From: Bdellovibrionota bacterium
GTDB lineage: Bacteria > Bdellovibrionota_C > UBA2361 > OMII01
DNA length: 64,000 nt
Assembly (NCBI GenBank): GCA_044345405.1
Contig: JBIJBE010000005.1
Span: 32,001-96,000, forward strand
Direction: 5' to 3'
The notes under the pieces are model-generated. The model searched no databases, had not been told where the DNA came from, and saw only the letters and a list, made by a program, of their open reading frames with translations. The position numbers and the translations under genes were made by a program. Numbering within the stretch: position 1 is the first letter of the stretch; every line of letters begins with the position of its first letter. Shown one piece after another: positions 40,988 to 50,208 of this stretch.

Positions 40988-40996
40988 GAAAACTTC

Positions 40997-41638
40997 GTGC
41001 CGATTATCCTGACCCGCAAAAAAAGTTTGGTCCTTGGACTAGGGCTCCTCGGCTCGTTTTTCGTTATAAGCGGGGTAGTCATCTCCGTTCATAACTCCGC
41101 GCGCACACCGACCACGAACGCCTCCCTCAATCGAGCCACTATCGAGGGAGAGACCGGCCTTTCCCTCTCTGAAACCCCGGGCGCTGGGATAGGCTTCGTC
41201 TTGAATGACTTCCATAGAAGCGCGGTGCGAAACGGCAAGATCGTGTGGGAGATCTTTGGCAAAAAGGGGCGATACGACGCTGGAAAGAATCGAGCGGAGA
41301 TCGACGAGCCGATAGTCAACGTAAATCGAGACAACGGAGACACAGTAAACCTTACCGCGAAACGAGCGGATGTCGAACTCACGGGGACTGAAATCCTCAA
41401 GGCTGAGCTCTTTGATGATGTCGTCGTGATTCACAACAAAGAGACGACAATCAAAACGGACCGGGCAATCTACGTCAAGGCGACCGAAACCATCGACATG
41501 CCCAACTACGTACAGGTCGAACATCCGATCTTCACCATTTATGGCAAGAAGCTCCACGGCAACATAACCGATCAAACGGTCGAGATTACAAACGGCGTGA
41601 AGAGCACCTTCAAACCACGGCAAAAAAGGAAGAGATAA
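40997..41638 (+). CDS. lptC: LPS export protein LptC
   Basis: N-terminal TM anchor, beta-jellyroll-like remainder, position between kdsA and lptA. Confidence 0.75.
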   Translation: MPIILTRKKSLVLGLGLLGSFFVISGVVISVHNSARTPTTNASLNRATIEGETGLSLSETPGAGIGFVLNDFHRSAVRNGKIVWEIFGKKGRYDAGKNRAEIDEPIVNVNRDNGDTVNLTAKRADVELTGTEILKAELFDDVVVIHNKETTIKTDRAIYVKATETIDMPNYVQVEHPIFTIYGKKLHGNITDQTVEITNGVKSTFKPRQKRKR

Positions 41639-41641
41639 CAC

Positions 41642-42343
41642 ATGAGACAGTACATCACCGCTCTCACCTGTTTACTCACGCTCTCCTCAAGCGTGTGCGC
41701 GCAAAACAATCCAACCGGATCGATGTCCAATCTTATGGACTCAAAGGGGTTTGACGACAGCTTCGGCAAGCTCCCCACAAACATCACCTCCGACTCCCTC
41801 GCGTTTAACGCCAAGGACCGCGTCTTCGCCTACTCCGGCAACGTACAGGTAACACAAGGCGATATGCGTCTCACCTCCAAAACCCTAGAGGGAACGTACA
41901 GCGAAAAGAACGAACTCTTAAAATTAGTCGCGAAGGGCGACGTATTTATCGCGAAGCAGGATATACAGGCGACCGGTCAGATCGCTTCCTATGACGCCGT
42001 GGCCGCGATCGTGACGCTTACCGAGAATCCCCAGCTTCAACAAAAGGAGAGCATCCTTCGAGCGGACAAGATTAAGATCTTCCTTAACGAGAATCGAAGC
42101 CAAGCCGAGGGTGATGTCCGCGTTACCTTTGTGAACTCAAAGGATGGGAATCCTGGATTACCCTCTCTCAATCCTGTAGCGCCACAACCATCGGCGGCTC
42201 CAGCCGCGCCGGTCGCGGCGGCGGTGGCTACACCGACACCAGCGCCGAAGACAACCACCACACCAGCGCCAACCAAGAAAGCAGCTCCGGCGAAGAAGAA
42301 GGCGACACCGACGCCGACGCCTAAGGCGAAGAGGAAGTCGTAG
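41642..42343 (+). CDS. lptA: LPS export periplasmic protein LptA/OstA with Pro/Ala/Lys-rich tail
   Basis: Signal peptide; ITSDSL...YSGNVQVTQGDMRL...AKGDV...VTLTENP...ADKI. Confidence 0.85.
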   Translation: MRQYITALTCLLTLSSSVCAQNNPTGSMSNLMDSKGFDDSFGKLPTNITSDSLAFNAKDRVFAYSGNVQVTQGDMRLTSKTLEGTYSEKNELLKLVAKGDVFIAKQDIQATGQIASYDAVAAIVTLTENPQLQQKESILRADKIKIFLNENRSQAEGDVRVTFVNSKDGNPGLPSLNPVAPQPSAAPAAPVAAAVATPTPAPKTTTTPAPTKKAAPAKKKATPTPTPKAKRKS

Positions 42344-42364
42344 GACATACGGACCGGCACGTCC

Positions 42365-42531
42365 GGAGGGCGGCCATCTTGCGCGCCGTAGCGAAGCGAT
42401 GGCGTGTCCTGGTCGCCAAAATACCGCGCATCTCGAAGCAGCATCACCTTACGTAACCACTCGGCGCGCAGGAATGCGCGCCCTCCGGTGTCATGAGTCG
42501 CACCCTGGGAGGGCGACCATTCCTGGTCGCC
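42365..42531. repeat. REP cluster 3 (three copies, the first interrupted)
   Basis: Copies at 42365-42417 (29-nt insert in the loop), 42463-42486 (inverted) and 42508-42531. Confidence 0.85.
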
Positions 42532-42757
42532 GAGTTGCGCCCCCGGCCCCAGTCATCACATAACCGCTTTAATTTCATCCCCAGCCCATTCCGGTCCGAA
42601 TCTGTCCGTTTTGCAATCATCCCCCCCGCCCCACGCCACACCTTTCCTTGCCTATGAAGTTCAGCCTGTTACTCTACATGGACAATCTGGAGCGGGTAGA
42701 CGAATCAACGACGGCGAAGCCTGGAGATCCCCCTGCGGGCTTCGTCGAACGCAACGC

Positions 42758-42773
42758 AAGGTTATGTAACCTT
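42758..42773. promoter_or_regulatory. Palindromic operator candidate upstream of the MarR gene
   Basis: AAGGTTA-TG-TAACCTT, 37 bp before the ATG. Confidence 0.4.
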
Positions 42774-42810
42774 CGGTTTTCGATGGGCTCAATCAACCCA
42801 ATTATGTTCA

Positions 42811-43131
42811 ATGAAACTGCTAGACCTAGTAAACAACATCAACTCCGCCCTCAAAGCGGCTAATAAACTCCTGAGAGATGGTGGTCACAAGACTATCTCC
42901 TTTCGGGAACTCGAAACGCTCATCTTTGTGAGCATCGATGGCGCTAAAGGACTCGCGAAGCTCGCGCAGCTTCGCGGGGTCTCCTCGGCGGCAATTACGG
43001 GAGCGGTCGATGCTCTTGAGAAGAAAAGACTGGCGCTCCGCGAGCATTCCGCTCAAGATCGCAGAGTCATCCCCGTGCGACTAACACCGCTCGGTGACAA
43101 AGTGCTCAAAATCGCTTCAGACGCAATCTGA
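42811..43131 (+). CDS. MarR-family transcriptional regulator
   Basis: LAQLRGVSSAAITGAVDALEKKRL..R..SAQDRRV..VRLTPLG winged HTH. Confidence 0.88.
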   Translation: MKLLDLVNNINSALKAANKLLRDGGHKTISFRELETLIFVSIDGAKGLAKLAQLRGVSSAAITGAVDALEKKRLALREHSAQDRRVIPVRLTPLGDKVLKIASDAI

Positions 43132-43139
43132 CGATCATT

Positions 43140-43178
43140 CCAGAGGCACCAGCGCGACCCCTCGCCTGGTGCCTCTGG
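43140..43178 (+). terminator. Stem-loop downstream of the MarR gene
   Basis: CCAGAGGCACCAG / CTGGTGCCTCTGG perfect 13-bp stem; weak U tract. Confidence 0.65.
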
Positions 43179-43303
43179 TGTTCCATTGAACAGTTCTTAC
43201 GTAGGTTCTTTCGTTGCGTTCGTCGATGTATTTATATGTTCGGTACCAATTAGGTGGCGGAGGCGGTAAGGGCCGTTTCCCCACGCAAGAGAAGGAGAAC
43301 CTC

Positions 43304-43831
43304 ATGGCAGTCGAAACGTCCCCCCACGTCGCTCCAACGCAAACAGTACGAAGCGCGCGCGGCGGCGCAGCGTTTAGTCGCGATTTCGTTCATGAACGAG
43401 GCACCGTTGAGGTAACCACGGGTATTACAGAGCCGCTCGTAACCGCCAAAGCCAGCTTCCTTACGACCGGCGCGGGCACCGACCGGCAATTCTGGGCTCT
43501 CAAGACATCCATCACCGTGTTTCACCGACTATCTCATCAATTTATTACGGTAGAGGAAGCGGCTCACGAGCTCCCCGTTACGGAGAAGGCGTTATTGACC
43601 CTTCATGGCGACGAACCTTGGACGACTTCATGGAGCCCTGATGGCATGACGTTAAGCGGACAATTCCAGACTGTCATCAAAGAGGCTTCAACTCGCGGCC
43701 TTGAGCTTGCTCAGTTATGGGAGGCGATAGGCTCCACAAAGACCCAAGCGGAAAGCGATGGTCGGTGGGAGATTCGGTCTATCTCAGCGGAACTACAACG
43801 AGCGATATGCCAAGCCCTCGCTCAGAGCTAA
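43304..43831 (+). CDS. Hypothetical protein
   Basis: AAGGAG RBS before ATG 43304 (track start 43214). Confidence 0.6.
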   Translation: MAVETSPHVAPTQTVRSARGGAAFSRDFVHERGTVEVTTGITEPLVTAKASFLTTGAGTDRQFWALKTSITVFHRLSHQFITVEEAAHELPVTEKALLTLHGDEPWTTSWSPDGMTLSGQFQTVIKEASTRGLELAQLWEAIGSTKTQAESDGRWEIRSISAELQRAICQALAQS

Positions 43832-43877
43832 AGGTGCTCGCCTCGTTTGAGACCGAGCACCGTTCGATATGGATTGT

Positions 43878-45317
43878 TTATCCGCAGGCGCTCCAACCAC
43901 GGCGCAAAGGTCCCCAATAACGGGCCATGCCGGTATTAGCGTTATTACCGATCGCTCCATCGCGACGGATAAGATTCTCAGAGATAGCTAAGGTCGCTCG
44001 TGAATTTACCTCCGGGTCTTGCAACTGGCCTATCGTGAAGGCAGGTTTTCCATCGATCGTTGTTCCAGGCTGAAGACCAGCTCGCTGCATATCGCCACGA
44101 TAGTTCGCGTAATCAAGTGGCGAGAGCTGGTAGATACCGTTGGAATTTCCAACGAACTTACCTTGGTCTCCAACAACCGTGTTCTGGTTGCCCGACTCCT
44201 GAACACCGAGATTCGCGTAGAACGCGGCCCACTCCTCAGATGAACCGGTGGTTATTCCGTGCTTCGCGCCATCCGCTGGGACGTACCCTTCAAGGGAAGA
44301 TCCCTTGATCAAACGATTCATGCGATTGAACTGCTCATTCCATCGCTTCTGCTGCGCTGGCGTAAGGCTCTGAGGACGACCACACTGCCCAAGCGGCGGA
44401 GCAGTATCATCAACAGGGTACCTCATATGATTCTGCGAATCGTTAATTCCCTGCTGCATGAGGTTTTGGTACGCGAGCTTTGCGCTTTCGCCAGTGTTTG
44501 AGCGATTGAATTGTTGATTCATGTCGAATGGTCCCGTGCCATTCATAAGGCGCTGCAAGAGAGCGATGAAAGCTAAACCTTGAAGGATCTGATTATTCTG
44601 TCCCACGAATTGACCGAACGGTCCGGCGCCGATTCCGTTGCCTAACGCAGCCGACGCTGCCCCACCCCCAAGCCCTTGAAGAATTCCCTGAAGGTTCCCT
44701 GATTGTCCCTGCCCTACGCCAGCGATATTTCCGATCGCGCCAAGCGCGCCTTGGGTGCCTGAGCCACCACGTTGGAACTGCCCAAGCGTCGAACCGACAG
44801 CGGCAGCCGCTCCGACTACCTGAGCACCAGCTTGAACGGTACGAGCGATTTGACCAACTCCTCCTGGAAGAGATCCAGCCGCGTTACCCATAACCTGTCC
44901 GACCGCGGGAATAGCCGATGGCCCCTGAGACGCCGCGGCGCCCACCGCTTGGAAGGCACCAAGCGTGTTTCCTGTCTGCATGTTTCGTACCGCGCCTCCA
45001 AGATTGGCGACGACTCCAGACCTATCCGAAGGCGCGAGGTTGGGAGCAGACGGCATCGAATCGAACATCGACGAAGGAACGACTATCTCGGGACGAGCGT
45101 TCCCTCCTTGAAAGATGTCACCACCCACACCGTTGAACATATCTCCACGCTGAGGGAAGAGCGATGCGTCAGGACCCCGCCCGCCGCCGGACTGCTCCCA
45201 CACGGGAAGTGGTAGTTCTTGAGCTGACGCTACGTTGAGGTAGGTAGGCGTGAAGAGGCACGCGGCGAGGAGCGCGCGCAAGACAACAGACGTCGGTGTA
45301 GTTGGGGGGATAGACAC
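43878..45317 (-). CDS. Secreted Gly/Ala/Gln-rich protein with C-terminal lysozyme/SLT-like domain
   Basis: Signal peptide ending ASA|QE; C-terminal QES...SNGIYQLS...LQDPEVN...RRDGAI...MARYWGPLR. Confidence 0.8.
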   Translation of the reverse strand: MSIPPTTPTSVVLRALLAACLFTPTYLNVASAQELPLPVWEQSGGGRGPDASLFPQRGDMFNGVGGDIFQGGNARPEIVVPSSMFDSMPSAPNLAPSDRSGVVANLGGAVRNMQTGNTLGAFQAVGAAASQGPSAIPAVGQVMGNAAGSLPGGVGQIARTVQAGAQVVGAAAAVGSTLGQFQRGGSGTQGALGAIGNIAGVGQGQSGNLQGILQGLGGGAASAALGNGIGAGPFGQFVGQNNQILQGLAFIALLQRLMNGTGPFDMNQQFNRSNTGESAKLAYQNLMQQGINDSQNHMRYPVDDTAPPLGQCGRPQSLTPAQQKRWNEQFNRMNRLIKGSSLEGYVPADGAKHGITTGSSEEWAAFYANLGVQESGNQNTVVGDQGKFVGNSNGIYQLSPLDYANYRGDMQRAGLQPGTTIDGKPAFTIGQLQDPEVNSRATLAISENLIRRDGAIGNNANTGMARYWGPLRRGWSACG

Positions 45318-45588
45318 AACTTACCTCGTGCAAAAAGTAAAACCCTATTCACTATGGCGTTATGCTTTGTACACACGGCTGATTCCGTATGCACCAACAC
45401 TACCACGGTGATACCTGTGTTATGCGTTGAGGTGAATACCGAGTGCCGTGAATTCCACGATTTTGCTTCAGAAAAAATGATATTCCGCGGCTAACCTGCC
45501 GAACATAATGAACTATTTCTTTCAAAGAGACGCAGATTCACACAGATAATGACAGGCAGACCCCTCAGAGCCCCCGTTGAAGGGTGTT

Positions 45589-47121
45589 CTACGCGACCGA
45601 TCGCGCGGCGATATCGGCGAGCCGCTCATACGGCGCGACGGCCACAAATTCCTTCGCGACGCTCTCCGCGACAGCCCTCGCGGAGAGAACCGCGCCAGGT
45701 ACTCCACACACCCCTGGAATCCGGCCTCCACAGAGAAAGAGGTTTGAGATGTTTCGCATACGGTAATGAAAGCTCACCCCCTCGCCCCGTGACGCCGCTG
45801 GCGCTGAGGGGAAGGGCGCCCCCAGGGGATGATTGAGCACATCTCGCGCGTAGCGAGGGTCGATCGATTCCGCGAACACCAAACTGGAGGTTAATCCTGG
45901 AAATACCCGCTCCCGAAGCTTGGTAAGTACCGAGTCCTTGAATCCCGGCCCATCGAATTTCCACCCACTGTACCTTGCGAGGTGAGGAACGGGCACAAAA
46001 ACCGAGAAAAGCTCTCCCTCGTCACGAGGGTTCGGCGAGTGCGCCGGCGAGAGACGGTGCACCGATAGCATAGGATCTTTCGGAAGTCGCGCTCCCGTCC
46101 CGAGCTGAGAGAGGAGCCCCTCCCACCTCTCAGAGAAGATGACGGTGTAATCAGGAACCTCAGGATAGGCCCGCTTAAGTTTCAGGAAGAGTGAGTACAT
46201 ACCGAAAGATGGAACGCTCGGCCGCAAGCCGAACCGTTCAAGGGGTGAAAGCCACTCATCAGGAAGCATCGAATAGAGACTCCGGGTCTCTCCTCCCCAC
46301 ACAACGAGGTCACACCCCGTCACTACACGCTCTCCCCGATGAGCCGAATAGAGTGAGCGGACATTTCCCGCGCCATCTCGCGCCAGAGCGGCAACCGTAT
46401 GGTTATAGTGGAATCGAACACCGTGACGCTCGGCTAAGGAAACGAGCTCCTGAATCAGAGCTGATACTCCTCCTCGAACGATCCACCCACCACCGTCTCG
46501 CTCTGCGGAATGGAGCGCGACACAGTGAGCCGGCGCCACAAGGGGATTGAATCCCGCCGCGACACTCTGCCAGGAGAAGGCCTGCCGCACCCGACGGTCG
46601 GTGAAATACCGTCCTGAGCATCGCCACAGACTCGATACCTTTCTCAGGCAAAGAGGAATAGTAGCGCTTTTAAGGACAACCCTGAGATCGATCACTTGCT
46701 CACGTTCCGACTTCAAAGCCGCCCGACGAGTCTGCTCCTCGCAATGGTTGAGAAACGAACGATAGCGACGAGCATCCTGAGGCGAGAGCGTCTCAATCGC
46801 CGCTTCTTGCTCCTCGATCGAGGAGACGATGTCGAGATGGCTTCCGTCCGCGTAGAGGTTTCGTCGATAGAGACGGGTGGGAACGAAGGTAATAAAATCA
46901 GCGCGCCTCTCATGAAAGAGAGCGAATAGGTCATCGAACACCCAAGGAGAGCTGATCGTGGGAGGAGCTATTTCAACCGCCTGACCGCTGAGATGAAAAC
47001 TACGCGCCCATCCACCGGGAGTGGATTCAGCTTCGAGCACATCAACATCATGCCCAAGCGCGCGAAGACGCAAGGCGCTCGCCAAGCTCTCGAATCCGGT
47101 CCCGATGACAACGGCTTTCAT
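45589..47121 (-). CDS. Phytoene desaturase (CrtI)-family protein with divergent FAD motifs
   Basis: Colinear with CrtI throughout (ALRLRALG, PGGWAR, RVRQAFS, GGVSALI, VPVPHL), but GTGFES and GGRIPGVCGVPG deviate from consensus. Confidence 0.75.
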   Translation of the reverse strand: MKAVVIGTGFESLASALRLRALGHDVDVLEAESTPGGWARSFHLSGQAVEIAPPTISSPWVFDDLFALFHERRADFITFVPTRLYRRNLYADGSHLDIVSSIEEQEAAIETLSPQDARRYRSFLNHCEEQTRRAALKSEREQVIDLRVVLKSATIPLCLRKVSSLWRCSGRYFTDRRVRQAFSWQSVAAGFNPLVAPAHCVALHSAERDGGGWIVRGGVSALIQELVSLAERHGVRFHYNHTVAALARDGAGNVRSLYSAHRGERVVTGCDLVVWGGETRSLYSMLPDEWLSPLERFGLRPSVPSFGMYSLFLKLKRAYPEVPDYTVIFSERWEGLLSQLGTGARLPKDPMLSVHRLSPAHSPNPRDEGELFSVFVPVPHLARYSGWKFDGPGFKDSVLTKLRERVFPGLTSSLVFAESIDPRYARDVLNHPLGAPFPSAPAASRGEGVSFHYRMRNISNLFLCGGRIPGVCGVPGAVLSARAVAESVAKEFVAVAPYERLADIAARSVA

Positions 47122-47187
47122 ACAAGAAAGGGTAGCAAGATACCGGAAGGAGCAACATCAAAAAATCGGGAGAATCACTTGGGCTCG

Positions 47188-48195
47188 CTACCAGCGAATG
47201 AGGTTACCACCCCACGTGAACCCGGCGCCGAACGCGAGGGTAAGCACGAGATCTCCCTGCTTCAATCGCCCTTCAGCGACGGCCTCAGACATGCAAATAG
47301 GGATCGTGGCGGCGGTGGTGTTGCCGTACTTCTGGATATTATTGAACACCTTCTCCGGAGCGAGTCCGAGTTGCGTTCGTACCATCTCATTGATGCGGAG
47401 GTTCGCTTGATGCGGGATGATGAGATCGATCTGCTCAGGAGTTATCTTATTCCGATGGAGTAACGTGCTCGCGGTTTCGAGTAATCGTGTCACGGCGTTC
47501 TTAAACACGAGCTTGCCATCCATCGAAGGATGCACACGGGCTTGCTGGATATCATCCGCCGAGATGAAGCCGGGGGTGGCGGTTCCCGGAAGCTTCATGC
47601 ACAGCACCTCAGCCCCACTTCCATCACTTCCGAGGAAGGAATCAACTATTCCACGATCTGTTGAAGCACCTTCAACAGCCTCGATGGTCACAGCACCCGC
47701 GCCATCACCGAACAACACCGCCATATCGCGGCCACGGGTGGTTAGATCGAGCACCGGCGATTGGACCTCAGCGCATACGAGAAGCACCTTCTTCGCTTGG
47801 CGGCTCTTGATGTATCCATCAACGACCGAAAGGCCGTAGACGAGTCCGCTGCACTGCGCGCGAATATCGAGCGCCGGAATAGTCCGACACCCTAACTTCT
47901 GTTGAAGCATCACGCCAACGCCTGGAAAGTAGAGATCCGGGGAGAGGGTCGCCATCACGATGAGATCGACATCCTGAGCGCTCCATCCAGTTTTCTCAAG
48001 GGCGAGACGAGCGGCGCGCTCTCCCAGTTCAGAGGTCCCTGCGCACGACGGGTCAACAAACCGCCGTTCTTTAATACCCGTACGCTCAGTAATCCACGCG
48101 TCATTGGTATCCATCAATTTTGAGAGATCTTCATTGGTGACACGACGCTCAGGAACGTAGTGGGCGACCGATCGAATTTGAGCTCGAAGCTCCAT
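47188..48195 (-). CDS. fabH: 3-oxoacyl-ACP synthase III
   Basis: WITERTGIKERR, AQCSG, LFGDGAGA, PHQANLRI, GNTTAA, FGAGFTWG; GGAG before ATG 48195. Confidence 0.93.
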   Translation of the reverse strand: MELRAQIRSVAHYVPERRVTNEDLSKLMDTNDAWITERTGIKERRFVDPSCAGTSELGERAARLALEKTGWSAQDVDLIVMATLSPDLYFPGVGVMLQQKLGCRTIPALDIRAQCSGLVYGLSVVDGYIKSRQAKKVLLVCAEVQSPVLDLTTRGRDMAVLFGDGAGAVTIEAVEGASTDRGIVDSFLGSDGSGAEVLCMKLPGTATPGFISADDIQQARVHPSMDGKLVFKNAVTRLLETASTLLHRNKITPEQIDLIIPHQANLRINEMVRTQLGLAPEKVFNNIQKYGNTTAATIPICMSEAVAEGRLKQGDLVLTLAFGAGFTWGGNLIRW

Positions 48196-48299
48196 AGGAT
48201 TCTCCATCAAGAGGGATTACCTCCCTACTGTAGTAGACTTACGCTGTCCGCACCAATATCTTATCGCCGACCGGGAAAACGCTATGATACCATAAGCTC

Positions 48300-48734
48300 A
48301 TGAGTCCGAAGGTTCAAAAATTCCGCGTCGCGCTCTACGGAGTGCTGGTCGAAAACAATCAGGTCCTCATGGCTACTACCCGAGTCCCATCGGGTCTTAT
48401 CACGAACTTTCCAGGTGGTGGCCTGGAATTAGGGGAGGCTCCCCTGGAAGCGGTGGCCCGCGAATTTCATGAAGAGACCGGGTTAACGGTCGCGGTGAAG
48501 GAGCTCCTCTTCTGCTCCCAGCAATTCCAGCAGAATCCGGAATACCCGACCGAACAGCTCATGCACATCTTTTACCGAGTAGAGCGCGTGGGGGGACAGC
48601 TCATCACCAAGGGAAATAACGATGACGTAGCGAGCGTTGAGTGGGCTACCCTCCAAGACCTCGAACACAAACGTATTCTAGCCGTGGACAGGGAGTTCAC
48701 GAACCACGCCTCGTTCCGTCTGCTCTTTGAGTAG
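48300..48734 (+). CDS. NUDIX hydrolase
   Basis: Nudix box GGGLELGEAPLEAVAREFHEETGL. Confidence 0.9.
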   Translation: MSPKVQKFRVALYGVLVENNQVLMATTRVPSGLITNFPGGGLELGEAPLEAVAREFHEETGLTVAVKELLFCSQQFQQNPEYPTEQLMHIFYRVERVGGQLITKGNNDDVASVEWATLQDLEHKRILAVDREFTNHASFRLLFE

Positions 48735-48767
48735 ACAACGCCGCCCTCCCTTGCTACACCCACACCC

Positions 48768-49064
48768 ATGACCTTCGATGATTTCTTAGCGATGTGCGAA
48801 TCGTCTACTGAACCAAGCGGTATCTCCGCGCACCTCAAAGCTCTCTGGTTTGACCGTCAGGGCGACTGGGATGGGGCGCATGAGGAGATTCAAGATGGTC
48901 ACGATCCACTGAGCGCTGTCATTCACGCCTACCTCCACCGCAAAGAGGGAGACCTCTCAAACGCGCGCTACTGGTATAGCACCGCGAATCGGGGTGTGTT
49001 TAAAGGGTCCCTTGATGAGGAGTGGGAAGCGTTGGCGAGAGAGCTGGTGGCGAAAGAGAAGTAG
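48768..49064 (+). CDS. Conserved hypothetical protein
   Basis: GDWDGAH...HAYLHRKEGDLSNARYWY motif of a widespread uncharacterised family. Confidence 0.8.
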   Translation: MTFDDFLAMCESSTEPSGISAHLKALWFDRQGDWDGAHEEIQDGHDPLSAVIHAYLHRKEGDLSNARYWYSTANRGVFKGSLDEEWEALARELVAKEK

Positions 49065-49072
49065 ATCTGGAG

Positions 49073-49861
49073 CTACCGCAATCCCAACTCCTTTTTCATC
49101 ACGGTTCGAGAGATTCGCACGAGCAACGAACGGGGAACGAACCGGGTTCCGTGTGAGAGGAGCTTATTAAACCACCCATCTACTACGATCGGCTTCTTTC
49201 CTAACGCGGCGAGCGCCGACTCGACGACGTGCTCCGCTTTACGATACGGCGAATGATAGTCTCGCATACCCGCACCAGCTTGGAATTCAGTCTGCGTGAG
49301 ACCAGGCAACACCGTAACCACATCAACGCCGGTTCCGAGACACTCGCCGTAGAGACCCTCACCGAAATAGAGGTCAAACGCTTTCGTGCCGCTATAAGCC
49401 GAGAACCACGGCGTGGGAATGGTTCCCACAACGCTTGAGACGATAATGATTGCGCCTCGCTTTCGCTCCTTCATGCCGGGTAAAAACCGAATCGTCATAT
49501 CAACCACTGCGCGGCAGTTAAGATTGATCATCGAGAGGGTCTTGTCTCGGTCAATCGTCTCAACAGACCCGAGATACCCAACCCCTGCGTTGTTGACGAG
49601 CACGTCGACGGTGAGACCAGCGGCTTCAACCGCGCCAACAACGGTATCGACGCCGTCGGATTGTGAAAGGTCGGCGGTCACTGGAATGACCCGTCCCTTC
49701 CCTTCCTGAGCGATCTCATCTTTAATTTTTTGAAGTCGCTCTTCACGACGCGCGACAGCGACAACGGTGAATCCTTGCGAGGCGAGCTTTCTTACGAACG
49801 CCTCACCGATGCCTGAGCTTGCGCCAGTAACGAGGGCGGTTGTGCCGTAGGTGGTTTGCAT
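49073..49861 (-). CDS. Short-chain dehydrogenase/reductase
   Basis: TGASSGIG, LVNNAG, SS, YSGTK. Confidence 0.92.
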   Translation of the reverse strand: MQTTYGTTALVTGASSGIGEAFVRKLASQGFTVVAVARREERLQKIKDEIAQEGKGRVIPVTADLSQSDGVDTVVGAVEAAGLTVDVLVNNAGVGYLGSVETIDRDKTLSMINLNCRAVVDMTIRFLPGMKERKRGAIIIVSSVVGTIPTPWFSAYSGTKAFDLYFGEGLYGECLGTGVDVVTVLPGLTQTEFQAGAGMRDYHSPYRKAEHVVESALAALGKKPIVVDGWFNKLLSHGTRFVPRSLLVRISRTVMKKELGLR

Positions 49862-49925
49862 GGGGGGTATTTTCGCTAGGAGAAGCGAGGAAGGCTATAG
49901 CATTTATGTAGGAGGGACGATCGAG

Positions 49926-50186
49926 GGAGGGCGGTCAGCTAGACTCGACGTAGCGAAGCGAAGGCGGGTCCTGACCGCACCCCGTCGCATCGCTATGGGG
50001 CCCAAGCAGCGTTGCGTGAGGCGAAATCTATCCGCGTTGAGAGACATTTCGGCGACCAGGAATGGTCGCCCTCCCAAGGTGAGAGCCCGTGACCAGGGAG
50101 GGCGGTCATTCCTGACCGCCGCGTTGCGTGATGCAAAAATATTAGGCGTCACGTGATATTTCGGCGACCGGGGACGGTCGCCCTCC
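49926..50186. repeat. REP cluster 4 (four copies in alternating orientation, the first interrupted)
   Basis: Copies at 49926-49979 (loop expanded to 34 nt), 50051-50074, 50097-50120 and 50163-50186. Confidence 0.88.
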
Positions 50187-50208
50187 CGCGGTGCGAGCCC
50201 GAGGGGGG

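Noticed and set aside
49926-50186. REP clusters as a CRISPR array
   Set aside because: Repeats alternate in orientation, vary in sequence, have mutually related spacers and are dispersed; no cas genes are present.
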